64,000 nt of DNA from Nitrospira sp. (GTDB lineage: Bacteria > Nitrospirota > Nitrospiria > Nitrospirales > Nitrospiraceae). The translations under genes were made by a program, and so were the position numbers. The stretch is taken from assembly GCA_047150005.1 (NCBI GenBank), contig AP038806.1, forward strand, positions 1,952,001 to 2,016,000, given 5' to 3'. Of the stretch, positions 38,492 through 47,637 are shown in pieces (the stretch's first letter is position 1; the number at the start of each line of letters is the position of its first letter). Below the pieces are notes generated by a model. The model saw only the letters and a list, made by a program, of their open reading frames with translations. It did no database searches and was not told the DNA's origin.

Positions 38492-41400
38492 ATGAGGGAG
38501 ATACCGGGTTCGCACAGGCGTGGCGGGCCGCGCGCGGCCGGTCTGCCGGCGGCGCTGCTCGTCAGTAGCCTGCTGACAACCACAATGGGGCTGGCCGCAG
38601 ACCAGCACGCTCACGATGGTGACGCGCAGGGAGGGTCGGCCGAGAAGGTCATTTTTCGCGAAGGCGGGTCGGTCCTCCACGACCGCATGATGGAGGAGGT
38701 GAAACGACAGCAGGAGTACATTGGGCAAAAGGGTGCCTACAGTACCGGCGCCAACAGTCACATGTTGCAGCAGGGCGTGTTGCTGGTGGCGGAGGATCCG
38801 GCCAAGATCTCCGTGAACAATGGGCAGCGCTGTCCGACTAATGCGCCGGTGAAGGAGTATCACCTCTCGGCGATCAACATCGAAATCACGCTGAGCCGCT
38901 TTCTCGACTATTTCCCAGGGTACATGTACGTGCTGACCGAGAATGTCGAGAAGGCTCGCGCGGAAGAAGCCCTGAACAAAGCCGCGCGGGACAAGGAGAA
39001 CGATCCGGGCGCCGTGTCGAACGGGTTGCAAGGTGATGTGATTCAGCCGTTGGTGATCCGGGCCAACCAGGGCGATTGCCTCAAGCTCACTCTTCAGAAC
39101 GACATTGCGGAAGAAGCGACCAACCTGATCATCAACGGCTCCTCCCTGGTCGTGTCGGCCACGGGGAAGCCGGCCACGCCGTCCAATGCCGATGCCACGG
39201 TGCCTGCCGGCGGCACGCAGAGCTTCGAGTGGTACATCAAGCCCGATACTCAGGAAGGCGCACGATTCTTCCGTTCACATGCGTCCCGCGATCAGTTCAA
39301 CCAGGGCCTGATCGGCATGCTCGTGGTGGAGCCGCGCGGCTCGCGCTACCTCAGCCCCTTCAACGGCAAGCCGATGGCGAGCGGCTGGGAGGCCATGATC
39401 GAAGATCCGAACGGAGCGGACTTCCGGGAATTCGCGATTTTCTATCATGAGGCCGGCGATGAAGCCTTCCGTCTCTTGAACAAAAAAGGCGAAATGCTGC
39501 CGCAACGCGATCCCCACACCGACTCCTATCGCCCCGGCGCACGACTGTTGAACTACCGCAGCGAGCCGCACGGCACGCGCATCGAGTTGCAGGCCCACAT
39601 GGGCTTCTACGGCGATGAGTCCATGGCCTACGGGTCCTATACCTTCGGCGATCCGGCGACGACGATTCCCCGGTCCTACCTTGGCGATCCGGCAAAGTTC
39701 CGGATGGCGGGGGGCTCGGAAATCGTGCACTCGCATCATCTGCACGGCGGGTCCATCCGCTGGGCGCGCCAGCCCGGCAACAGCAACCTCGACTTCGCGG
39801 CTTCCAGCAACGGGCCGGTGAAGTTTCCCCTGATCAGCGACAATTCCGATCGGTTGGATGTGCAGTCCATCGGCCCGACGGAAATCTATGATCAGGTGAT
39901 CGAAGGCGGATCGGGTGGATTGCAGGCGTTGGCGGGCGAGTTCGTCTTCCATTGCCACATTCCCCAGCACTATGTGACGGGGATGTGGGGCTTCTGGCGC
40001 GTGTACAACACCTTGCAGGCCCCCGGGTTCCAGACCGACGTGATGATGCCGTTGGTGGAATTGCCGGATCGCGTCGGCCGGATGAAGACCGGGATGACCA
40101 GCGACAAGCTCGTCGGCACGACGGTCGATTGGTACGGCGGCAAGAAGTTCGAGATCACCAAGGACAAGACCGATTGGAAGGCCAATCCGACCAAGGTGTC
40201 CTTGAAGGATTGGGTGGAAATGCAGTTGCCGCCACAAGGCAAGCCGGGCCACAAGAACACGGAGAAGGAACAGACCCTGGCCTACGATTCAACGGTGAAC
40301 GATTGGGCGTGGGAGGGTCACAAGGCGCTCAGCGAGTTGGAAACTTCGTACGAATGGGTGAACTACAAATCGACGACGCCGGGCAAGCGGCAGGAGATCC
40401 TCTTCGATCCGAAGAGCGGGAAGCTGTCCTGGCCCTGGCTGCGGCCGCATCTCGGACGGCGCGTGCCGTTCTCACCAAGTCACAGCGGGGCGCCGTGGCT
40501 GGAGCCGATCCATCGGCGAGACGACGGCAGCAACTCGACGGAACCGGCAAAGCCGGGCGAAAACGGCCCCTGGAGCCTCTGTCCGGCGGGGGCACCGCTC
40601 AAGACGTTCAACATCCATGCGATTACGTTGCCGATCACATTGAAGAAGGCGACGGCCAAGACGCCGGCCATCGTGGATCCGCAGGGATTGCTCTATGTCT
40701 TGCACGAGGAGGAAACCGAAGTTCGCAAGAACCCGGCCAAGCAGATGCCGCTGGTTATTCGTGGCAACGTGCAGGATTGCATCGACGTCGTGTACAAGAG
40801 CGAGCTCAAGGACGACGAGCGGCAAGGGTTCTCCAGCAAGACGAACCTGCATCCGCACATGTTCCAGTTCGATACGCAGGCATCGGACGGTCCGATCATC
40901 GGGTTCTCCTACGAGATGTCGCTGCGTCCCTTCACGATCCTGAAGGAGGAGCACCCCGGCAAAGGTATGCCGGTGCCGATGAACACGACCTTGGAAGCCG
41001 ACGCGGCCAAGGGCGCGACCAGCATCAAGGTAAAGGATGCTTCGCGTTATCACGTCAAGACGGAATTGGGCGTGGGGATGGATGAAGTGGACGGATTCGA
41101 ATCCGCCCGCATCAGCAGAATCGAAGGCAACACCATCGTCTTCGAGCGGCCGTTGAAGCACAACCACAAGAAGGGGGAGATCGCCTCGGTCGAATGGATC
41201 CGTGAACGCTGGTACGTGGACGCAGATTTCGGCACCACGTTCTGGCACGATCATGTGTTCGGTCTGGACGGGTGGGGCCACGGGTTCTACTCCACGTTCA
41301 TCGCCGAACCGCCGCGGTCCACGTACCATGATCCGGTGACGGGGAAAGAGTTGCGCAGCGGTCCGGTGGCCGACATTCACACCACCGAGCCGGTGTCGGC

Positions 41401-43240
41401 CCATATCCGGGGATCCTTCCGCGAGATCGTGACGCAGGTCATGGATTCCAATCCCAGGACGGCGGAGTTGATCACGGCGGACAATCCCCAAATCAAGGTC
41501 GGCGCGATCTCCGTGGACGGCACGCCGTCCGCGGTCTATCCGGCCAAGCTCAACCTGTCGCCGATGAGGTTCTTGAACGGCGGCGAGGCGACGACCGGAA
41601 GCGGCTACAACATGCGCGTCGAGCCGTTCTCGGTGCGGTTGGCGAACCATCCGGATCCGTCGCAGTTGTTCAGCAGCCGGATTCACGGCGATCCCGAGAC
41701 CCCGATGTTGCGGGCGTACCTGGGTGACCCGGTGGTGGTCCGGTTGATCGAAGGATCGGCGAACGAAGTGCATTCCTGGCACATCAGCGGGCACTGGTTC
41801 CCGATGGAGCGCTACAGCAAAAACTCCATTCCCCGGAGCACGTTGCACGTGGTGATCGGGGAGCGGTACGACGCGGCGATTCCTGCCGCCGGCGGGCCGC
41901 AGCGGATGGCGGGCGACTATCTCTATTACAGCGGTCGCGCGTCGCACTTCGCGGAAGGCAGCTGGGGCCTTTTCCGGGTTCTGGACCAGGCCGATGCAAC
42001 GTTGAAACCGCTGCCAGGGCGGGAAGAGATTCCGCAGTCGGCCAAGTCTGTCTGTCCGGCCGACGCGCCGGTGAAAACCTTCAACGTCGCCGCCATCGAC
42101 AAGGCGATCCGCTACAACAAGGGCACGCCCGGTGTGATGGAGGTGGACCTGGAGCGGAAGATGGTGCTGGGTAACGAAACCGGCAAGATGTACGTCCTCG
42201 AAGGCGAAAAAACCAAGGTTGCCTCCGGGAGTCTTGAGCCGAGCCCGTTGACCCTGCACGTCAACGTCGGCGATTGCATCAAGGTCCATCTGAAGAACGA
42301 GATGGCCAAGGACCGGGCCGGATTCCACGTGGACAATCTGGCGTTCGACCCCAAGGAATCGATGGGGATCAACGCCGGGAACAACCCCGGTGATCAGACG
42401 GTCGCACCGGGTCAGGGCCGGACCTATACGTTCTATGCCCATCCGGAGTTCGGGGAGAATGCGGCCCTGATTCAGGATTGGGGGAATGTGGTTGAGAATC
42501 CGCGGAACGGGCTTTTCGGAGCGATCGTCATCGGTCCGAAGGGCTCGCAGTATCGCGATTCGGTGACGGGGGAGGATGTGGCCCAGAAGAGCGCCTGGCG
42601 GGCGGACGTGATCGTGGATCGGAGCGTGCCGGGGAATGAAACCCGGCAGAACTACCGGTCTTTCACGCTCTTGTTCCAGGATGAGGACAACATCATCGGC
42701 ACCAGCTTCATGCCGTACATTCAGAAAGTGGCCGGCGTGACGGCGGTGAACTACCGGTCCGAGCCGACGGATTACCGCACCGAGAAAGGCTGCGCATACA
42801 GCGAAGTCTTTGCCTGCGTGAAAACGGGCGACCAGCCCGTGACGCCGACCATCGCGGCGCACGTCGGCGATCCGGTCGTGATCCATGTCCTGGGTGCCTT
42901 CAGCGAACAGGTGCAGCTCTTCAGCGTGTCGGGGCATGAGTGGAAACATGAGCCCTACATGAGCGGAGCGGATCTCGTGAGCACCATGGAATTCGGCGGC
43001 TCCGAAGTGATCAATGCCTGGTTGCACGGCGGGGCTGGAGGACCGAACGGGATTCCGGGCGATTATCTCTGGCTCAACCAGCGTCCCGGCTATCTCGATG
43101 CCGGTCACTGGGGCATGTTGAAGGTGCTGGACCGTGACAGTCGCGCGATCCTGCCGTTGAACGGGCAGGCGCCAGCCACGCAGCAAGCGGAAGAGCAGGC
43201 TCCGGCTCAATCGGTGCCGGTGTCGATGAAGGCCAAGTAG
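38492..43240 (+). CDS. Large secreted multicopper oxidase, MnxG-like motif order (copy 1)
   Basis: SD AAGGAGG; signal peptide; HSHHLH, HCHIPQHYVTGM (type-1 Cu), NLHPH, FWHDH, additional HSWH..GH. Confidence 0.88.
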   Translation: MREIPGSHRRGGPRAAGLPAALLVSSLLTTTMGLAADQHAHDGDAQGGSAEKVIFREGGSVLHDRMMEEVKRQQEYIGQKGAYSTGANSHMLQQGVLLVAEDPAKISVNNGQRCPTNAPVKEYHLSAINIEITLSRFLDYFPGYMYVLTENVEKARAEEALNKAARDKENDPGAVSNGLQGDVIQPLVIRANQGDCLKLTLQNDIAEEATNLIINGSSLVVSATGKPATPSNADATVPAGGTQSFEWYIKPDTQEGARFFRSHASRDQFNQGLIGMLVVEPRGSRYLSPFNGKPMASGWEAMIEDPNGADFREFAIFYHEAGDEAFRLLNKKGEMLPQRDPHTDSYRPGARLLNYRSEPHGTRIELQAHMGFYGDESMAYGSYTFGDPATTIPRSYLGDPAKFRMAGGSEIVHSHHLHGGSIRWARQPGNSNLDFAASSNGPVKFPLISDNSDRLDVQSIGPTEIYDQVIEGGSGGLQALAGEFVFHCHIPQHYVTGMWGFWRVYNTLQAPGFQTDVMMPLVELPDRVGRMKTGMTSDKLVGTTVDWYGGKKFEITKDKTDWKANPTKVSLKDWVEMQLPPQGKPGHKNTEKEQTLAYDSTVNDWAWEGHKALSELETSYEWVNYKSTTPGKRQEILFDPKSGKLSWPWLRPHLGRRVPFSPSHSGAPWLEPIHRRDDGSNSTEPAKPGENGPWSLCPAGAPLKTFNIHAITLPITLKKATAKTPAIVDPQGLLYVLHEEETEVRKNPAKQMPLVIRGNVQDCIDVVYKSELKDDERQGFSSKTNLHPHMFQFDTQASDGPIIGFSYEMSLRPFTILKEEHPGKGMPVPMNTTLEADAAKGATSIKVKDASRYHVKTELGVGMDEVDGFESARISRIEGNTIVFERPLKHNHKKGEIASVEWIRERWYVDADFGTTFWHDHVFGLDGWGHGFYSTFIAEPPRSTYHDPVTGKELRSGPVADIHTTEPVSAHIRGSFREIVTQVMDSNPRTAELITADNPQIKVGAISVDGTPSAVYPAKLNLSPMRFLNGGEATTGSGYNMRVEPFSVRLANHPDPSQLFSSRIHGDPETPMLRAYLGDPVVVRLIEGSANEVHSWHISGHWFPMERYSKNSIPRSTLHVVIGERYDAAIPAAGGPQRMAGDYLYYSGRASHFAEGSWGLFRVLDQADATLKPLPGREEIPQSAKSVCPADAPVKTFNVAAIDKAIRYNKGTPGVMEVDLERKMVLGNETGKMYVLEGEKTKVASGSLEPSPLTLHVNVGDCIKVHLKNEMAKDRAGFHVDNLAFDPKESMGINAGNNPGDQTVAPGQGRTYTFYAHPEFGENAALIQDWGNVVENPRNGLFGAIVIGPKGSQYRDSVTGEDVAQKSAWRADVIVDRSVPGNETRQNYRSFTLLFQDEDNIIGTSFMPYIQKVAGVTAVNYRSEPTDYRTEKGCAYSEVFACVKTGDQPVTPTIAAHVGDPVVIHVLGAFSEQVQLFSVSGHEWKHEPYMSGADLVSTMEFGGSEVINAWLHGGAGGPNGIPGDYLWLNQRPGYLDAGHWGMLKVLDRDSRAILPLNGQAPATQQAEEQAPAQSVPVSMKAK

Positions 43241-43260
43241 CCGAGGGACGAAACGCCGAG

Positions 43261-43307
43261 GAATGGGGGAGTCCGGTCGTCAGTTCCGGATTCCCCCGTT
43301 TCTTTTC
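43261..43307 (+). terminator. Intrinsic terminator/attenuator after oxidase 1
   Basis: GGGGGAGTCCGG..CCGGATTCCCCC followed by GTTTCTTTT. Confidence 0.7.
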
Positions 43308-43362
43308 CGATAGAGGCACAACCATCTTGAAGCGGCCATGATGGCTGGGCTAGAACCATGTT

Positions 43363-43989
43363 ATGAGCGAAACAGGAACTCGGACGATGTGTCGCGGACT
43401 GGCGTCCGCAGCGATGCTGGTGTTCTGCCTGTGGACCGCTTCGGGAGATGCGCGGGAGTTTTCCGCCGAGCGGGTCGTCAAAAGCGGGAAGAACACCGTG
43501 ACGGCGCAAGTCAACGCGAAGGACGATCGCTGGCGCTTCGAATACTCTCACCCGCAGCGGTGGGGGGCGAACGTCGTCATCGTGCGGGCCGACCAAGACA
43601 GGGCCTGGATGATCTTGTCGAAGCGCCGACAGTACGCCGAGGTGCCCATCGCCCCGGAGCATCGGCTGAACGTCGGGGAGGCAATGCCCGGCGAGCAGTC
43701 CCGCGAGTTCGTCGGGGCGCAGACGCTCAACGGCTATCCCACGGAATTGTTCGAGGTGACGGTTGGAGAGGAGGGCGGAGCACGGCAATATTACCGCTGG
43801 GTGACGAAGCAGGAGAGGTTTCCCATCAAGACGGTGAGCAAGCAAGGCGATTGGTCGGAGGAATATCGCCACCTTATCTTTACGGAACAGTCATCGTTCC
43901 TCTTCGAGTTGCCGCAACGGCTCGATCCGGTGGAGCCGCCGCCGGGGAAGAGCGGCGGCGAGCAGGGGGATGAACAGAAAGGAGCATAG
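43363..43989 (+). CDS. Exported DUF4412-like beta-sheet protein
   Basis: Signal peptide; EFSAE, IVRADQ..AW, G.QTLNGYPT, FELP pattern. Confidence 0.65.
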   Translation: MSETGTRTMCRGLASAAMLVFCLWTASGDAREFSAERVVKSGKNTVTAQVNAKDDRWRFEYSHPQRWGANVVIVRADQDRAWMILSKRRQYAEVPIAPEHRLNVGEAMPGEQSREFVGAQTLNGYPTELFEVTVGEEGGARQYYRWVTKQERFPIKTVSKQGDWSEEYRHLIFTEQSSFLFELPQRLDPVEPPPGKSGGEQGDEQKGA

Positions 43990-43992
43990 GGA

Positions 43993-44754
43993 GTGACACG
44001 ATTGATCGTGGTCGGGATGGCGCTGGGCGCACTCGTCGTCGCCTCGGGTCCCGTAGAGGCCGGCGCCTACGACGCCGGCGCCGTGACGGAGGGCGCGACG
44101 GTGCAGGGCAGGGTCTCCTTCAAGGGAAATGTGCCGGAGCCAAAGGAATTCGAGCTACGCCGGTATCCGGATCGCGTATTTTGCGGGGCGCTGTCGAACG
44201 GCGACGGCTATCGGCTCTTCAAAGACGTGAATGTCGGGGCGGACGGCGGACTCAAAGATGCGGTTGTGGTCATCGAAGGCGTCACGAATGGCAAACCCTT
44301 TCATTTCACCGAGGCGCAAGTTGAGGCGAACATCTGCCAGTTCCTCCCGTTCGTCACGGTGGTGAGCGACAAGCGGCAATTGACCGTCACCAATCGCGAT
44401 CCCGTGTCGCACGATATCCAAGGCTACGCCTACGATCAGGCTGGCGTGGACATCGTGCTGCATCGACCGTCGTTGAAAGCCACCGGGACGACGGAGACGG
44501 TGCATCTGGTTAAGGGGCGGAAAATCTTCACCATGCAGTGCGGGATGCATCCCTACATGCAGAGTTGGGGCTATGCGATCGACAATCCCTACTACGCCGT
44601 GACGGACCTCGAAGGCGCATTTTCCATCGGCGATCTTCCTCCCGGCACCTACAACGTGAAAGCCTGGCATCCGGTTCTGGGATTTCGGGAGCGTTCGGTG
44701 ACGGTCGAGCCGAACGCCGTCGTGACGCTGGATGTCCTCTTTGAGGCGAAATGA
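43993..44754 (+). CDS. Exported cupredoxin-like / carboxypeptidase-regulatory-like domain protein (copy 1)
   Basis: Signal peptide; CQF.PFV, NRDPVSHD, QCGMHPYM (C-x2-H-x2-M), DLPPGTY.VKAWHP. Confidence 0.78.
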   Translation: MTRLIVVGMALGALVVASGPVEAGAYDAGAVTEGATVQGRVSFKGNVPEPKEFELRRYPDRVFCGALSNGDGYRLFKDVNVGADGGLKDAVVVIEGVTNGKPFHFTEAQVEANICQFLPFVTVVSDKRQLTVTNRDPVSHDIQGYAYDQAGVDIVLHRPSLKATGTTETVHLVKGRKIFTMQCGMHPYMQSWGYAIDNPYYAVTDLEGAFSIGDLPPGTYNVKAWHPVLGFRERSVTVEPNAVVTLDVLFEAK

Positions 44755-45272
44755 CGGGAGCCCTGATGGCACGCAGCCGGGTTGTGGCTCTTGTCATGCT
44801 TCTGACAGCGCTTGCGTGCGGCTCCTCGACGGCGGCGGAGCGGGAGTCCGCATCGGCGGGACGGGTTGAAGTCGTGTTGGCGCAAGAGCTTCGCAAGAAC
44901 GAGGCCGCGGTCAAGCAGGACTTTGCCGATGTCGGCCTCACGAACGTCCATGTGCAATTCATGAAAGCGGGACGGCCGCCGAGGAATCTCGGTCTCGGGC
45001 CCAAGGTGACGGCTGATCGAGCGCGGGCCGCCATCCGGATGGCCGAGAAATACAACGGCGGGATCACGATCTTGCTGCCGGAACGGCTCTTTCCCGACCA
45101 CTATGTCACGATCGCGTCCTCCAGCTTCGACGATACGGTCGAATATCCGATCGACAAGGCAGCGCTGAAAGAGCTGGAAAATTCTTCGCTCACGACCGAG
45201 CAGTTTCATGAACTCTACCGCCGTCTGACGCCGGCGGATCAACCGCCGGTGAAGAAAGGCCGGGTGTTCTGA
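44751..45272 (+). CDS. Hypothetical exported protein/lipoprotein (copy 1)
   Basis: Lipobox-like ALAC; paralog of 53490-53996 (shared RVEVVL, LLPERLFP, TIASS.FDDTVEY). Confidence 0.78.
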   Translation: MTGALMARSRVVALVMLLTALACGSSTAAERESASAGRVEVVLAQELRKNEAAVKQDFADVGLTNVHVQFMKAGRPPRNLGLGPKVTADRARAAIRMAEKYNGGITILLPERLFPDHYVTIASSSFDDTVEYPIDKAALKELENSSLTTEQFHELYRRLTPADQPPVKKGRVF

Positions 45273-45679
45273 TGAGATTTACACAGATTCTTTGCGGAGT
45301 CGTACTCTATGGTTCGGTCGGTATCTTCACGGCCCAGGCCGGACCGCCGAAAGAAATTCAGGATCATGGCAAGGCGATGGTCAGGGATGCCGAGGAAATG
45401 GTGATGCACGGAGGCATGGGCGACGGCAAGGCCATTGTGCATCACTGCGCCGAAGCCTCGAGACAGGCCGAAGCCATTCTCACGTTGTTGCAGCCGACCG
45501 ATGAACAGGGCCGAGAGGCCGTACCGCACTTGCAGGAAGTCATCAAGCAGTGCAAGCGGGTAGCCGAAATGGGAGACAAGGTCGATCCCGGCGCAAGCCT
45601 GAATCCCGCCACCAAAGCCCGCGCGGCGGCAAGGGAGGCGATGAAGCATCTCTCGGCCATGAAAGACAGCGGCGCGTAA
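45272..45679 (+). CDS. SmbP-like small periplasmic metal-binding protein
   Basis: Signal peptide; helical His pattern DAEEMVMHG, IVHH, PHLQEVIK, EAMKHL resembling Nitrosomonas SmbP. Confidence 0.6.
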   Translation: MRFTQILCGVVLYGSVGIFTAQAGPPKEIQDHGKAMVRDAEEMVMHGGMGDGKAIVHHCAEASRQAEAILTLLQPTDEQGREAVPHLQEVIKQCKRVAEMGDKVDPGASLNPATKARAAAREAMKHLSAMKDSGA

Positions 45680-45692
45680 AACATACAACACT

Positions 45693-46319
45693 TTATCGCT
45701 GTTCCGTTTTCGGCACGATCGGACTCACCGCGTTCTGATCTCGTCCCGGTTGATAGGTCTCCAGCATGTGCGTGATCGTCGGCATCACTCGTTCTTCCGC
45801 GGAGAGCGGCAGTCTGATGCGGATCCCGCGGCCCTCGTTGCGGCCGAGGGAAAAGATGTGGTGCTCGATCATGTCGCCCTGCTTGTCATCCGAATAGGTG
45901 AAGGTCAATTGTTTCGCGGGGAATCCGGCCAGCGACAGCTCCCGATCCTGCCGCCACTTCAGCGTGATCATTTTCTTGCCGTAGAGTTCCGTGATGATGC
46001 GGCGATGGGCCGCGGCAAATTCGTCGAGCGTCTGCCGTTTGTCCTGGCTCTTACCCTCCAAGACGTTCATATGGCCGGATAGTGCGACAAGGCTGTTGTC
46101 GATCGGCGGGTAGAGTGTCACGCCGACCCCGTCCGGCATCGGATTGCCAAGACGCCAGGTTTCAGGGTATCGGACGGAGAAGCCGAAGCGGGCGTTCGTA
46201 TAGAGTTTCCATGCTCGGTCGTCGTTCCCCGACGCAGCGGCAAGAGCGGTGCGGGTCGTGAGGTCAAGGCTTGTCACAATCGCCGCCAGCAGGCACAGCC
46301 AAATCATCTGAGTCCTCAT
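45693..46319 (-). CDS. Exported PsbP/DcrB-like fold protein
   Basis: Signal peptide; YTNARFGFSVRYPETW; LAGFPA..LTF; start at 46319. Confidence 0.65.
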   Translation of the reverse strand: MRTQMIWLCLLAAIVTSLDLTTRTALAAASGNDDRAWKLYTNARFGFSVRYPETWRLGNPMPDGVGVTLYPPIDNSLVALSGHMNVLEGKSQDKRQTLDEFAAAHRRIITELYGKKMITLKWRQDRELSLAGFPAKQLTFTYSDDKQGDMIEHHIFSLGRNEGRGIRIRLPLSAEERVMPTITHMLETYQPGRDQNAVSPIVPKTEQR

Positions 46320-46327
46320 ACGCGACA

Positions 46328-47260
46328 CTATCGGACGGACCGCGCGCAGCGAAACCCGATGGTCGCGGCGCGCCGATCCGGCGCTGATCCGCTTCTGGTC
46401 GCGCTTCGCAACAGAGGCAGCGAACTCTTCCAAGATCCTCCCCGCACCACCCTGTAGCGCCCGACGGACGGTCCTTGGGGATTGCGGTCCGGCATGGTCG
46501 CATAGTAGTCGATCCCGTACCAGTCTTCGACCCACTCCGCCGCATTGCCCGCCATATGATGCAACCCATAGGGGCTTCGGCCCTCCTCGCCGCTTCCAAC
46601 AGAGGCCACGATGGGAATGTCGTGGACGTGATACTGACCGAACATCGCCAGCGCCGGGGTGGGCGGGCCCTGTCCCCAGGGGAAGAGATTGCCTCCGTCT
46701 CCGCGCGCGGCCTTTTCCCACTCGGCTTCCGTCGGGAGCCGTTTATCCTCTGCGCGGCAAAAGCCCGAGGCCTCCGGCCAGGTGACGTAGAGTGCCGGCC
46801 AACGCGCCAGCGTTTCTGGCGACAGGGCGTGAATGGTCATGACATGGTCGATCAGCTTCTGTAGGGGTTCGGGGATCCGGTGTTGTTGCCGATTGAGCCA
46901 CAGTAAGTATTCTCCCAGGCTGACCTCGTCCCGGTCGATCTCGAATCGATCGAGCCAGACGCGACGCTGAGGCTGTTCGGTATCGTCGTATTGGAGCTCG
47001 AGGTTGAACGGCCCCTCGATCGCGCGAGCGGTGCCCATCAAAAAGGGGCCTTCGGGGATGGTCACCATCGCCGAGTGGTTGGCGAGCGCCGCGATGTTCT
47101 CGATACGGTCCTCCGCGTTCTGCATCGCCGCCGTCGCAGGGTGGAAACAGAGCACACCGGTGATGGTCGCGAGGAGGAAATAGAGGAGGAAATAATGAAT
47201 GAGAACCTGAGGCCTGTGCTGAACTCGGCTCATGTATCCCGGTGCGTGGCCGTTCTGCAT
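46328..47260 (-). CDS. FGE-sulfatase domain protein (SUMF1/EgtB/PvdO family), membrane-anchored or exported
   Basis: IPEGPFLMG, RLPTEAEWEKAARG, FPWG, SPYGLHHMAGNAAEW, RGGSW, GFRCA; lacks the FGE catalytic Cys pair; start may be 47233. Confidence 0.88.
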   Translation of the reverse strand: MQNGHAPGYMSRVQHRPQVLIHYFLLYFLLATITGVLCFHPATAAMQNAEDRIENIAALANHSAMVTIPEGPFLMGTARAIEGPFNLELQYDDTEQPQRRVWLDRFEIDRDEVSLGEYLLWLNRQQHRIPEPLQKLIDHVMTIHALSPETLARWPALYVTWPEASGFCRAEDKRLPTEAEWEKAARGDGGNLFPWGQGPPTPALAMFGQYHVHDIPIVASVGSGEEGRSPYGLHHMAGNAAEWVEDWYGIDYYATMPDRNPQGPSVGRYRVVRGGSWKSSLPLLRSATRSGSAPDRRAATIGFRCARSVR

Positions 47261-47439
47261 GGAGCGTCACGGTACAACCAATAACGCGCTCACTATAGAG
47301 CGAGGCATTCCTCAGCACAAGGTCCCGAAGCCTCTTCACACCTGGCTGTCTCCTCGACCTCTTCCCAGGCAGGACGAAATACTCTGGTGCCCCGGGGTCT
47401 CTTCGGCGTGGAGGCGACGAGATCGGGTGAACTGATCAG

Positions 47440-47457
47440 TGGGGCATACGCGCCCCA
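47440..47457. promoter_or_regulatory. Palindromic candidate upstream activator sequence
   Basis: TGGGGC-atacgc-GCCCCA perfect palindrome. Confidence 0.65.
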
Positions 47458-47527
47458 ATGAGTCTTGTTGCATGGACACCATTGAACTGTTGAATATCAG
47501 AGTCTTGCGAGTGACACATTCATGTGC

Positions 47528-47545
47528 TGGTGCGCTGACGCCCCA
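47528..47545. promoter_or_regulatory. Second, imperfect candidate activator site
   Basis: TGGTGC-gctgac-GCCCCA. Confidence 0.5.
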
Positions 47546-47621
47546 TCACGATCATTCTGTATCCGTCAGAATCGTATACGAAGCCGCGCAATATCGTGAA
47601 AACCGCTTTTCTGAAGCAACT

Positions 47622-47637
47622 CGGAACGATAGTTGCT
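47622..47637 (+). promoter_or_regulatory. Sigma-54 promoter of oxidase module 2
   Basis: CGGAACGATAGTTGCT (GG-N10-GC, TTGCT). Confidence 0.65.

Noticed and set aside
40472..43210. 912-aa antisense ORF and similar long shadow ORFs (12740-14269, 10943-11980, 39275-40252, 49248-50195, 5555-6538)
   Set aside because: They lie opposite well-supported genes, have no recognisable motifs, and are expected from GC-rich codon bias
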